This document shows, piece by piece, positions 10,067 to 19,646 of a stretch of DNA of 64,000 bases. The translations under genes were made by a program, and so were the position numbers. The stretch comes from an uncultured Gammaproteobacteria bacterium (GTDB lineage Bacteria > Pseudomonadota > Gammaproteobacteria > Ga0077536): the NCBI GenBank assembly GCA_938082545.1, contig CALKCL010000014.1:12286-76285 (forward strand). Direction: 5' to 3'. The notes below the pieces were generated by a model, which was given only the letters and a program-made list of their open reading frames with translations, was not told the DNA's origin and did no database searches. Positions within the stretch are counted from its first letter, which is position 1. Every line of letters begins with the position of its first letter.

Positions 10067-11113
10067 GTGAAAGTTTCGATTGATAGGTTCAGTGATCAGT
10101 TAGCAAAAGTTGAAGCTTGCAGCCTGTTTTTTTTCTACGGGACAGAGCCCCTGCAGTTGTCAGAGTGTCGCGATAAGGTTCGAGAACGACTTTCGTCCCT
10201 TGCCGTTGGCGATCGTCTTTCTTTTGATATGAAAGATAAAGATGCTTGGGCAAGCTTGGGGGCTGAGCTAAATGCACAATCTCTGTTTGCGTCTACACGA
10301 CTCATCGAAGTTTTTTTAGATGGCAAAAGCATAGACAAGGACGGTTTATCGATACTTGAAAAAATAATAAACTCGTCGAGTCAGGATGATTATTTTGTTT
10401 TTACGGTTCCTATTGCGTCCTCTTTGAAGAAAGCCAAATGGTTTAGCCTCCTTGAGAATGCTGCACTATCAGTCGAATGTCGAGAACTTCAGAGTCGGGA
10501 GGCCGCAGCCTGGATTGGTCGCCGTGCACAACAGTTATTCGGCAAGAAGATCGATTTATCGGTTTGCGAGTTGGTTGCCGACTATTCAGAAGGCAACTTA
10601 CTTGGGGCAGCTCAGGCATTAGAGAAAATTTCTCTAATAGTTGAATCCGAGATAGTAACACTTTCTGATGCTTTGCAAGCTTTGTCAGACAATGCTCGTT
10701 TTGATAGTTACCAATTAATTGATGCTCTTTTAAAAGGTGATTTCCCTAGGGCGATACGTGTCTTAAGAGGATTAAAAGGAATTGGTTCGGAGCCTGTTTT
10801 AATTGTGTGGGCTCTAAGTAGGGAGCTGCGCCAATTAGTTTTGATGAGTGAAAAAATAGTTGAGGGCGCTTCTGTTTTGCAAGTGATCGATCAATTTCGG
10901 ATTTGGGGAAATCGGAAGGTAGCCGCTGAGAAAATTTTAAGCCGTAAGTCTCTTGAGGAGTTGCGTGTTCTTCTTATTCGGTTACATTATTTTGATACGA
11001 TAGTAAAAGGTGCGCGTGCTGGGAGTGTTTGGGACGAAATTGAAATATTCTCAATGGAAATTTGCGATATCATTGATATGAATCATTATGCGACAGAATT
11101 GTTTAAGGCTTGA
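10067..11113 (+). CDS. holA: DNA polymerase III delta subunit HolA
   Basis: Size about 348 aa, conserved position after lptE, delta-subunit-like clamp-loader fold motifs. Confidence 0.75.
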   Translation: MKVSIDRFSDQLAKVEACSLFFFYGTEPLQLSECRDKVRERLSSLAVGDRLSFDMKDKDAWASLGAELNAQSLFASTRLIEVFLDGKSIDKDGLSILEKIINSSSQDDYFVFTVPIASSLKKAKWFSLLENAALSVECRELQSREAAAWIGRRAQQLFGKKIDLSVCELVADYSEGNLLGAAQALEKISLIVESEIVTLSDALQALSDNARFDSYQLIDALLKGDFPRAIRVLRGLKGIGSEPVLIVWALSRELRQLVLMSEKIVEGASVLQVIDQFRIWGNRKVAAEKILSRKSLEELRVLLIRLHYFDTIVKGARAGSVWDEIEIFSMEICDIIDMNHYATELFKA

Positions 11114-11117
11114 GTGT

Positions 11118-12392
11118 ATGGAATATAAAAAAGTAATTAGTCCAGATGTAGAAGGTTACGTTTTAAGTGCCGCTAAATCTGCTTTTGAAGTGAAGCGAGA
11201 GTTTTCTCAAGCTACGACAGCAATGAAAAACAACGCCCTTCGCTTAATGGCTGCAGCCATAGGCGATCGGAAAAATGAAATTTTAGATGCGAATAGAACC
11301 GATTTGGCAAATGCGGACACCATTGAGCCTGCCTTGTTAGAGCGGTTAGAGCTGACAGAAAAAAGAGTATCCCAAATGATGAATGGAATTTTATCTGTTG
11401 TGGAATTAGCTGATCCAGTTGGTGCGATATCTCGTTTGGAGAGACGTCCGTCCGGCATAGAAGTTGGCCGCATGCGAGTGCCTTTAGGCATGATAGGTGT
11501 TATTTATGAGGCCCGTCCTGCGGTGACTGCAGACGTTTCGGCATTGGCTATAAAGTCCGGCAATGTAGCATTATTGAAGGGAGGGTCAGAGGCTCAATTT
11601 TCTAACCAAGTTATAGCGCATTGTGTTCAGGCAGGACTCTCGGCTTCAGGACTTCCTGCGTCTGGGATCATGTCTCTTGATACAACTGATCGTCGAGCTG
11701 TTGGTGCAATGTTGACACTCAATCAATACATTGATGTGATTGTGCCTCGAGGAGGTAAAGGTTTGTGTCAGAGAGTGGCTACGGAAGCGACGATGCCTTC
11801 CATTCAGCACTTGGATGGCGTCTGCCACGTTTACTTAGACGACTCTGCAGAAATAGACAAAGCAATTGCGATTGCGATAAATGCTAAGACGCAACGGTAT
11901 GGGACTTGTAACACTATGGAGACATTGTTGGCAACTCCTGCCGCGGCTTCTAGAATTTTCCCTAAACTTTTAGAAGAATTTATATTAAGAGAAGTGGAAT
12001 TACGAGGCTGTTCGCGTACTAGAGAATTTTCGGAAGCAGTGATCGAAGCGACTGAAGAGGACTGGTATACGGAATATTTAGCGCCAATTTTGTCTGTCAA
12101 GATAGTAGATAACATAGATGAAGCGATGGCACACATTGCGAAGTATGGCTCTGGGCATTCCGAGGCTATTGTTACGGAAAGTATATCTTTGGCCAGGAAG
12201 TTTCTGAACGAAGTAGACTCAAGTTCGGTAATAGTAAATGCTTCAACTCGTTTTGCGGACGGTTTCGAGTACGGTTTAGGCGCTGAGATGGGCATTAGCA
12301 CGAGCAAATTTCATGCCAGAGGTCCGGTCGGCTTAGAAGGCTTGACGTCAGAAAAATGGGTAGTCATTGGTAACGGCCAGATTCGAGAGTAA
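11118..12392 (+). CDS. proA: Gamma-glutamyl phosphate reductase ProA
   Basis: Aldehyde dehydrogenase-family core with catalytic Cys region (GTCNTMETLL); ATG 11118 (MEYKKV) chosen over the overlapping upstream start. Confidence 0.9.
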   Translation: MEYKKVISPDVEGYVLSAAKSAFEVKREFSQATTAMKNNALRLMAAAIGDRKNEILDANRTDLANADTIEPALLERLELTEKRVSQMMNGILSVVELADPVGAISRLERRPSGIEVGRMRVPLGMIGVIYEARPAVTADVSALAIKSGNVALLKGGSEAQFSNQVIAHCVQAGLSASGLPASGIMSLDTTDRRAVGAMLTLNQYIDVIVPRGGKGLCQRVATEATMPSIQHLDGVCHVYLDDSAEIDKAIAIAINAKTQRYGTCNTMETLLATPAAASRIFPKLLEEFILREVELRGCSRTREFSEAVIEATEEDWYTEYLAPILSVKIVDNIDEAMAHIAKYGSGHSEAIVTESISLARKFLNEVDSSSVIVNASTRFADGFEYGLGAEMGISTSKFHARGPVGLEGLTSEKWVVIGNGQIRE

Positions 12393-12427
12393 GGATTCAT
12401 GTTTTTGATTTATTCAGCTGGGGCTTC

Positions 12428-13066
12428 GTGATAATTGGTCCCCCAATAGGGGTGTTAGGAGGCAGCTTTGACCCCGTACATTGCGGGCACCTTCACATAG
12501 CTAAGGAAGCCTATAACGCAGCTGGTTTATCAGAAGTTCGATTTGTACCTTTAAACCTCCCAGCCCATAAGCAATCTTCGGCGACAGGTACTGCTGATAA
12601 ATGTGCTATGTTGCGGGCCGCGATGGCTCCGCCTTTCGTATTAGATTTAGTTGAGATCGAGCGAGGTGGAGTCAGTTACACTATAGATACTTTAAAGCAA
12701 TTGAGATCTACTTTTCCTGGTAGGCCGCTTTGCTTGGTTCTGGGTAAAGATGCTTTTATTCATCTGGCTTCTTGGAAAGACTATCTAAAGCTGCTTGATT
12801 TCTGCCATCTAGTGGTGGTGTCTCGGGCTGAAGTTGAAGCAAAAATTCCTGATGAGGTAGCATTAATTATTAAGGATATCGTTGTCGATGAGAGTGACGA
12901 CCTGCACAATAACCTTTCAGGTAAGGTTTTCTTTGTAGACGCCCCGTTGGTAGAGATATCATCCAGCTCCGTCCGAGAGAAATTATTTAAGAAACAGTCT
13001 ATCTATGGGTTAGTACCGGATTCAGTGTTAGATATTATTAATAACAAGGGTTTATATCGAGGATGA
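12428..13066 (+). CDS. nadD: Nicotinate-nucleotide adenylyltransferase NadD (GTG start)
   Basis: GGSFDPVHCGHL nucleotidyltransferase (H/T)xGH motif; ATGA overlap with rsfS. Confidence 0.85.
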   Translation: MIIGPPIGVLGGSFDPVHCGHLHIAKEAYNAAGLSEVRFVPLNLPAHKQSSATGTADKCAMLRAAMAPPFVLDLVEIERGGVSYTIDTLKQLRSTFPGRPLCLVLGKDAFIHLASWKDYLKLLDFCHLVVVSRAEVEAKIPDEVALIIKDIVVDESDDLHNNLSGKVFFVDAPLVEISSSSVREKLFKKQSIYGLVPDSVLDIINNKGLYRG

Positions 13067-13413
13067 AAAATACTGAGAAAACTGCAGATAGCTTGAAAGA
13101 TTTGATGTCACAAGGCTTGCTAGATGGAAAGGCCTTGGATGTGAAATCGTTTGACGTGCGGGGACTATCTAGCATCGCAGATTTTATGTTGATCGCGTCG
13201 GGCCAGTCGACTAGGCAGGTAAAAGCACTAAGTGAGCGCGTTTGTATGGATGCCAAGGCCGCGGGGTATAGTATCCTCGGGACGGAAGGCGAGAACACCT
13301 GCCAATGGGTTTTGGTTGATGCAGGGGATGTGCTTGTCCACATAATGCACCCGGATGCGAGAGAGTTTTATCAATTGGAACGCTTGTGGTCGGATTATTC
13401 CGCTGGCCACTAG
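13063..13413 (+). CDS. rsfS: Ribosomal silencing factor RsfS (iojap-like)
   Basis: About 116 aa, conserved nadD-rsfS-rlmH context, iojap-like sequence. Confidence 0.85.
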   Translation: MKNTEKTADSLKDLMSQGLLDGKALDVKSFDVRGLSSIADFMLIASGQSTRQVKALSERVCMDAKAAGYSILGTEGENTCQWVLVDAGDVLVHIMHPDAREFYQLERLWSDYSAGH

Positions 13414-13431
13414 GGACTGGTTGGTTGCGAG

Positions 13432-13896
13432 ATGATATTCACCGTCTACTGTGTTTCTCACCGCCCGTCTTCTTGGGTAAAGCTAGCTATTGCAGATTAT
13501 AAGAAAAGGCTACCTAGGAACTTCACGTTTGAACTTGTTTACGTTTCCCCCTCTTCTCATAGCTCTAACTCTGAAGTACGTATGCGCGAAGAAGGGGAAC
13601 GTCTGTTAAAGGCAATCCCAAAGCAGACTTACTTAGTTTCTCTTGAAGTGTCCGGAAAGCCATTATCAACAGAGGCGCTAGTCAAAAAAATGACCTATTT
13701 TCAAGAGGAATGGCCAAAAGTAGCTATAGCTATAGGTGGTGCGGATGGCCTATCGTCAAATGTTGTAGATAGGAGCAAGGAGTCATGGTCTTTGTCGGCG
13801 TTAACATTACCCCATCAAGTGGTTCAAGTTGTGCTGGCAGAGCAGGTTTATCGAGGGTGGAGTATCTTACAAAGACATCCCTATCATAGGGCATGA
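13432..13896 (+). CDS. rlmH: 23S rRNA (pseudouridine1915-N3)-methyltransferase RlmH (SPOUT)
   Basis: About 154 aa SPOUT protein after rsfS; C-terminal GG..G SAM-binding region. Confidence 0.85.
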   Translation: MIFTVYCVSHRPSSWVKLAIADYKKRLPRNFTFELVYVSPSSHSSNSEVRMREEGERLLKAIPKQTYLVSLEVSGKPLSTEALVKKMTYFQEEWPKVAIAIGGADGLSSNVVDRSKESWSLSALTLPHQVVQVVLAEQVYRGWSILQRHPYHRA

Positions 13897-13900
13897 CGGG

Positions 13901-14482
13901 ATGCTGGTATTAGCCTCTAACTCCGAAAGACGCAGAGACTTTATGACACTGCTTGGGGTGAAATTTACTATTCATAGCCCTGATGTGGACGAAACTGTAA
14001 ACGTAAGAGAAACCCCTAAAGATTACGTGTTGCGAGTTGCATTAGCCAAGGCAAAAGCAGTCAAAGGTAAATCAAAATCCAATACTAAAGTTTTAGCTGC
14101 CGATACTGCGGTTTGCTTGGATGGAAAAATTCTTGGTAAGCCTGTAGGGAAAGCCCATGCATTAGAGATGTACCAGCGTTTGGCTGGCCGGTGGCATGAT
14201 GTTCATACCGGCGTTGCTTTTATTGGCTCGCAGGGACAGATAGAAACTTTCGTGGTGACGTCTCAAGTAGAAATTGCTTGCATGGACAGTGCCGTCTGGG
14301 AGGCTTATTGGGATTCGGGTGAGCCGCAAGGAAAAGCGGGAGGCTATGCGATACAAGGTCTGGGAGGTGCTTTTGTTAGGAAGGTATCAGGAAGTTATTC
14401 TTCAGTGGTGGGGCTACCCTTAGTAGAGACGGTGGAGCTGTTCAATAGAATGGGGATCCCTCATAAATTTAGCGGTGGCTGA
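13901..14482 (+). CDS. maf: Maf-like nucleoside triphosphate pyrophosphatase
   Basis: N-terminal LVLASNSERRRDFM, ADTAV..KP motifs typical of Maf/Ham1 fold; track ORF start 13829 overlaps rlmH, so ATG 13901 chosen. Confidence 0.8.
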   Translation: MLVLASNSERRRDFMTLLGVKFTIHSPDVDETVNVRETPKDYVLRVALAKAKAVKGKSKSNTKVLAADTAVCLDGKILGKPVGKAHALEMYQRLAGRWHDVHTGVAFIGSQGQIETFVVTSQVEIACMDSAVWEAYWDSGEPQGKAGGYAIQGLGGAFVRKVSGSYSSVVGLPLVETVELFNRMGIPHKFSGG

Positions 14483-14518
14483 ATTTATGAGAGATCCCTA
14501 ATAACTTAGCTGTTAGAC

Positions 14519-16537
14519 CTACAGTAGAGGGATCATTAATAAAGCGACGATGTTAATGATCTTAATCAGCGGGTTAATAGCTGGCCCTGCTGTGTCCTTG
14601 TAAGGATCGCCTACGGTATCGCCAGTAACAGCCGCTTTGTGAGCTTCTGATCCCTTTCCGCCGCAGTTTCCATCTTCTATGTATTTTTTCGCATTATCCC
14701 AAGCGCCACCGCCGGTGGTCATTGAGATAGCTAAGAAAAGTCCTGTGACTATAGTTCCTATCAGGAGACCTCCAAGTGCCTTGGGCCCAAGTATTAGTCC
14801 CACAAGCACTGGGAGTACTACTGGAAGCAACGAAGGGACGATCATTTCTTTGATAGCCGCTTTGGTGAGTAGATCAACCGCCCGTGAGTAATCTGGCTTC
14901 CCAGTACCTTCCATAATCCCTGGAATTTCTTTGAATTGTCTTCTTACCTCATGCACGACTGATGCAGCGGCTCGGCCTACTGCTTCCATTCCCATGGCTG
15001 CAAAAAGAAACGGGATCATTCCGCCCAAAAATAGTCCGATAATTACTTCGTGGTCAGATAAAAGAAACTGGACTCCTTTTCCAGCCGCCTCAAGCCCAGC
15101 AGTATAGTCAGCAAATAAGACCAAGGCCGCCAAGGCAGCTGAGCCAATCGCATAGCCTTTAGTAACAGCTTTAGTAGTGTTACCTACAGCATCAAGCTTA
15201 TCTGTGATCACGCGAATTTCACTTGGGAGGTCAGACATTTCGGCAATACCGCCGGCATTGTCTGTAATAGGACCAAATGCGTCTAGAGCGACGATAATTC
15301 CTGTCATTGACAGCATCGACGTTGCGGCTATCGCAATACCATAAAGTCCTGCCCATGCATGAGCATAGTAAATACTGGCGCAGATAACTATGACCGGAAC
15401 AGCACAAGCTTTCATAGAAACACCGAGACCCGCAATCATATTGGTAGCGTGACCGGTTTCAGATGCTTTCGCTATATGTTTCACGGGAGCGTATTCAGTT
15501 CCAGTGTAGTACTCAGTTATTAATACAAGAGCCGCTGTTAAGAGGAGACCTATTATGGCGCAGGCGAATAATCCGTTAGCTTGGGCCGGCATTAATTCTT
15601 GAGTAATTGGATAAAACGCTGCACCCGCTATGACCGCGGCAGCAATTAAACCTTTATAAAGCGCGCCCATTACGCTGCCGTCTTCTTTAGATCTGACGAA
15701 GAAACACCCAATAATTGAAGCTAAGATAGATACGCCACCAAGCACCAACGGATAGATTACAGCATTGGTTCCCAATGTATCGATCATAAGGTGGCCTAAC
15801 AGCATTGTAGCTATTACTGTCACCGCATAGGTTTCGAAGAGATCTGCAGCCATACCTGCGCAATCCCCAACATTATCTCCAACATTATCCGCTATGACAG
15901 CCGGGTTTCTTGGGTCGTCTTCTGGGATACCCGCTTCAACCTTCCCGACGAGATCTGCTCCAACATCAGCACCTTTGGTGAAAATTCCACCGCCGAGTCG
16001 GGCAAAAATTGAAATGAGTGAACCGCCGAACGCAAGACCAATTAGTGGGTGGATGTCTCCCTCAGCTCCGCCTAGGTAGGCGTAGTATCCTGCGACGCCA
16101 AGCAATCCCAAGCCAACCACGAGTAGACCTGTGATTGCGCCTCCACGAAATGCGACCTGCAGGGCAGCATTCATGCCAGTTTTAGCGGCTTCAGCCGTTC
16201 TGAGGTTAGAGCGAACTGAGATATTCATACCAATGTAGCCTGCAACGCCGGATAAAACAGCACCGACTAGAAATCCGATTGCTGTGGGTCCTCCTATAGC
16301 GAGCCATAGGGCAACAAACAAAACTACCCCGACAACACTGATGGCCATATATTGGCGATTTAGGTATGCGTTAGCTCCTTCCTGAATAGCCGCTGCAATT
16401 TCTCGCATACGGTCGTTACCTTGCGGTTGAGCAAGTATCCAGCGTACGGAGATAGCACCGTAAACTAGGGCTGCTACACCGCAAAGAATAGAAAATGATA
16501 AAGCGTTGTCGGATATGTGCGTTAAAAGTGCATCCAT
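14519..16537 (-). CDS. hppA: Membrane-bound H+-translocating pyrophosphatase, K+-independent type
   Basis: Hallmark [22 protein letters not shown] and DNAGGIAEM motifs; GNTTKA (Lys not Ala) indicates K+-independent subfamily; about 16 TM. Confidence 0.95.
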   Translation of the reverse strand: MDALLTHISDNALSFSILCGVAALVYGAISVRWILAQPQGNDRMREIAAAIQEGANAYLNRQYMAISVVGVVLFVALWLAIGGPTAIGFLVGAVLSGVAGYIGMNISVRSNLRTAEAAKTGMNAALQVAFRGGAITGLLVVGLGLLGVAGYYAYLGGAEGDIHPLIGLAFGGSLISIFARLGGGIFTKGADVGADLVGKVEAGIPEDDPRNPAVIADNVGDNVGDCAGMAADLFETYAVTVIATMLLGHLMIDTLGTNAVIYPLVLGGVSILASIIGCFFVRSKEDGSVMGALYKGLIAAAVIAGAAFYPITQELMPAQANGLFACAIIGLLLTAALVLITEYYTGTEYAPVKHIAKASETGHATNMIAGLGVSMKACAVPVIVICASIYYAHAWAGLYGIAIAATSMLSMTGIIVALDAFGPITDNAGGIAEMSDLPSEIRVITDKLDAVGNTTKAVTKGYAIGSAALAALVLFADYTAGLEAAGKGVQFLLSDHEVIIGLFLGGMIPFLFAAMGMEAVGRAAASVVHEVRRQFKEIPGIMEGTGKPDYSRAVDLLTKAAIKEMIVPSLLPVVLPVLVGLILGPKALGGLLIGTIVTGLFLAISMTTGGGAWDNAKKYIEDGNCGGKGSEAHKAAVTGDTVGDPYKDTAGPAINPLIKIINIVALLMIPLL

Positions 16538-16616
16538 TGATAGAGGCCCCTGACGTTATGGTGGTTTAAAAAACGAGTAAATATTATTGAATATGGCACG
16601 AATGCCAGTTCAGGTT

Positions 16617-17915
16617 TTACTTGAGCGGCGATATTGTACTTTTATTCCCGCCCAGATCAAAATCCTCTTTGATTTTTTTTGCTACGGGTTTGTTTTGGAG
16701 CCTCACGTAGTCTGGGAGGCCATCTGTATATGGTGGGTAATCTTCGCCCATGATCAGCGGACTTAGGTAGTCTTTGCATGCAGTAGTAATTCCAAACCCG
16801 TCTTCTGTGATGTAATGCCTAGGTAGTTTTTTCTCGATATTTGCAACGTTCACGAGCTCAGTGTGGCTAATAGACCAACTATAAGGTTTGGACGAAGCTC
16901 TCACTATAATAGGCATGACCGCATTCTTTCCTGCTAGCGCCATCTCGACCGCAGCAGCGCCGAGTGCATACGCTTGCTCCACATCTGTTTTAGACGCTAT
17001 GTGCCTGGCTGCTCTTTGCAGATAGTCAGCAACTGCCCAATGGTATTTTAAACCTAGATTTTTCTGGATTAAAGTCGCGATTACTGGAGCAGCCCCACCT
17101 AGCTGAGAATGTCCAAATGCATCAGTTAGCCCAGAGTCAGCTAAAAACGCTCCATTTTTTCGCCTCACCCCCTCAGATACGACAACCGCGCAATATCCGT
17201 ATTCGTTGACGCAATGATCAACTTTTGCAAGGAATTTCTTCTCATCAAATTCTATTTCGGGAAAAAGTATGATGTGAGGAGCATCACCATCTTGATTAGA
17301 AGCAAGCCCACCGGCTGCTGCGATCCAGCCAGCATGACGTCCCATTACTTCAAGGACAAACACTTTTGTGGATGTTCTAGACATGGATGCAACATCAAAA
17401 CCTGCCTCCTTAATAGAGACAGCGACATATTTAGCTACAGAGCCAAATCCAGGGCAGTTATCGGTAATAGGCAAGTCATTATCGACAGTTTTAGGAATGC
17501 CGATGCATGTCAGAGGGTAGTCATTTTCTAGACTAAAAGTAGCAACCTTATTAGTTGTGTCCTGTGAATCCCCTCCCCCATTATAGAAAAAATACTTTAT
17601 ATTGTGAGCCTTGAATACCTCAATTAGTCTCGCGTATTCAGTAGAATTTTCTTTTGGATCTTTTAGCTTGTGGCGACACGATCCGAAAGCACCGGCAGGA
17701 GTATGCCTAAGTGCGGCTATTGCTGAAGAGCTTTCAAAAGATGTATCAATTAAGTCTTCTGTTAAAGCACCAATAATGCCATTTCGCCCTGCAAATACCT
17801 TTCCTATTTCTTGGTTTTCTCTGCAAGCTTCGATGACACCACAGGCAGAAGCATTTATTACAGCGGTTACCCCTCCTGACTGAGCATAAAAGGCATTTGG
17901 TTTTTCTTCAGTCAT
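16617..17915 (-). CDS. pfp: 6-phosphofructokinase, probably pyrophosphate-dependent (Pfp)
   Basis: PFK fold; IPKTVDNDL has Lys where ATP-PFKs have Gly (PPi-specificity determinant); lies 79 nt upstream of and co-oriented with hppA. Confidence 0.75.
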   Translation of the reverse strand: MTEEKPNAFYAQSGGVTAVINASACGVIEACRENQEIGKVFAGRNGIIGALTEDLIDTSFESSSAIAALRHTPAGAFGSCRHKLKDPKENSTEYARLIEVFKAHNIKYFFYNGGGDSQDTTNKVATFSLENDYPLTCIGIPKTVDNDLPITDNCPGFGSVAKYVAVSIKEAGFDVASMSRTSTKVFVLEVMGRHAGWIAAAGGLASNQDGDAPHIILFPEIEFDEKKFLAKVDHCVNEYGYCAVVVSEGVRRKNGAFLADSGLTDAFGHSQLGGAAPVIATLIQKNLGLKYHWAVADYLQRAARHIASKTDVEQAYALGAAAVEMALAGKNAVMPIIVRASSKPYSWSISHTELVNVANIEKKLPRHYITEDGFGITTACKDYLSPLIMGEDYPPYTDGLPDYVRLQNKPVAKKIKEDFDLGGNKSTISPLK

Positions 17916-18073
17916 AAATTTGCTCGCACTCCGGGTATTTTTTGTATAAATGTAGGTTACAGACTCCTAGCTATCGGTATAGGGCTTCTATTTCGATCAG
18001 GTTACAATATTTTAAGCTAATTTTCCTGCTCTAAGTGTTAACCTTACGTCTTGCGGATAAAAATGTTGGGAAC

Positions 18074-19534
18074 ATGAATATGGTGCGTTCGTTAAAGGGT
18101 TTTGTGCTGGTAGCGATGTTTGTGTTTTGCAATTTTGTTAGTAGCCAAGAGAATATTGATTTACCTGACTTTGGTGATTCTGCTGGGGCAATAATTTCGC
18201 CAGCTCAGGAGCGTAAACTTGGGGAAAATTTCGTACGTCAAATGAGAAAGCTCATGCCTCTCGTAGTTGATGAGGAAATTGAGGACTACATTCGAGGCCT
18301 TGGGGAAAATTTAGCTGAAAATGCTGGCTATTATGGTGACTTTCAGTTTTTTGTTATTGATAGCCCTGTTATAAACGCATTTGCTGTACCAGGCGGATTT
18401 GTAGCCTTTCACACGGGTTTGATATTAGAAACCGAGCATGAAGCTGAGCTCGCATCTGTCATGGGACACGAAATTGCGCACGTAACACAACGGCACGGAG
18501 CTCGAATGATAGAAGCGGGCGCACGAATGAATATGCCGTCTATTGCGGCTATGTTCGCTGCGATAGCTTTAACGGCGGTAAATCCTGAGGCAGGGATGGC
18601 AGCTTTAATGGCGACGCAGGCTGCGGCGCAACAATACCAAATAAATTTCACCAGAGAGAATGAGCAAGAAGCAGATTCCATAGGAATTCGACTAATGGCA
18701 GATGCTGGTTACGACACATCAAAAATGTCAACGTTTTTTGACAAAATGATGAGAGCAAATCGCTATAGTGATCCGCATTATATTCCCGAATATCTGCGGA
18801 CTCACCCTATCACGATCAACCGAATATCTGCGGCATTTAGTCGCGCAAAAACTGTGCGACCTGAGATAGCGAGGGAAGATAGTTATAGCTATCACTTGGT
18901 AAAAGCTAAGCTACAGGTGCGTGGTGCCCCTGATCCTGCTCAAGCTGTTAGAGCTTTTGAGTCTATCTTGAAGGATCGCAGATATATTTATGAGGAAGTG
19001 GCGCGTTACGGCTATGCCTTGGCACTAACAGAAGCTGGTAATTTCCCTAAGGCTAGGGTGGAGATTGAAAACTTAATGGGACAGTTTCCGACAGTGGTAT
19101 CGTATCGGATCGCAGCGGGTGCGCTCGAAAAAAGAGCTCGTGATTACCCTAGATCAGCTGCTACTTTCAAGGGCGCTTACGAGCTAGAGCCGGAGAACCG
19201 CGCGGCTGTTTACGGCTATGTTGACGCATTAAATACACTAGGCCGAGCAGAGCATGCAAAGACCATTCTTAGTGAGTACGGGCTGTCTGATAGGAGGGAT
19301 CCAAGGTATTTTAACCTCTTAGCTCAAGCAGAACATTTATTAGGGCAGAAGGTTAAAGAGCATTCAGCGTTGGCCGAGTATTACCTTAGTGTCGGTCAGT
19401 TCCCCCATGCCGCAGAGCAGCTCCGGCTGGCTCGTCGGACCAAGGGCTTAAGTAATTATCAGCGGCAAAAGCTTCTCTATAGACTAGATGAGGTAGAGCA
19501 GATTATTTTGGATTTAGAAACACCTCGGCGATAG
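18074..19534 (+). CDS. bepA: Periplasmic M48 metalloprotease with C-terminal TPR repeats (BepA/YfgC-like)
   Basis: Signal peptide, HEIAHVTQRH zinc motif, TPR-like C-terminal half; track ORF start 18035 trimmed to ATG 18074. Confidence 0.7.
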   Translation: MNMVRSLKGFVLVAMFVFCNFVSSQENIDLPDFGDSAGAIISPAQERKLGENFVRQMRKLMPLVVDEEIEDYIRGLGENLAENAGYYGDFQFFVIDSPVINAFAVPGGFVAFHTGLILETEHEAELASVMGHEIAHVTQRHGARMIEAGARMNMPSIAAMFAAIALTAVNPEAGMAALMATQAAAQQYQINFTRENEQEADSIGIRLMADAGYDTSKMSTFFDKMMRANRYSDPHYIPEYLRTHPITINRISAAFSRAKTVRPEIAREDSYSYHLVKAKLQVRGAPDPAQAVRAFESILKDRRYIYEEVARYGYALALTEAGNFPKARVEIENLMGQFPTVVSYRIAAGALEKRARDYPRSAATFKGAYELEPENRAAVYGYVDALNTLGRAEHAKTILSEYGLSDRRDPRYFNLLAQAEHLLGQKVKEHSALAEYYLSVGQFPHAAEQLRLARRTKGLSNYQRQKLLYRLDEVEQIILDLETPRR

Positions 19535-19646
19535 TTTTTGTATGCTTTAAAAAGATTCTCAATAAACTCCAAGAGAAGATAAAAATCTGACCTCACAGCA
19601 ATGACATATAAGCATCTGTTTTAATTGCTATTGATTTTATAATGGG

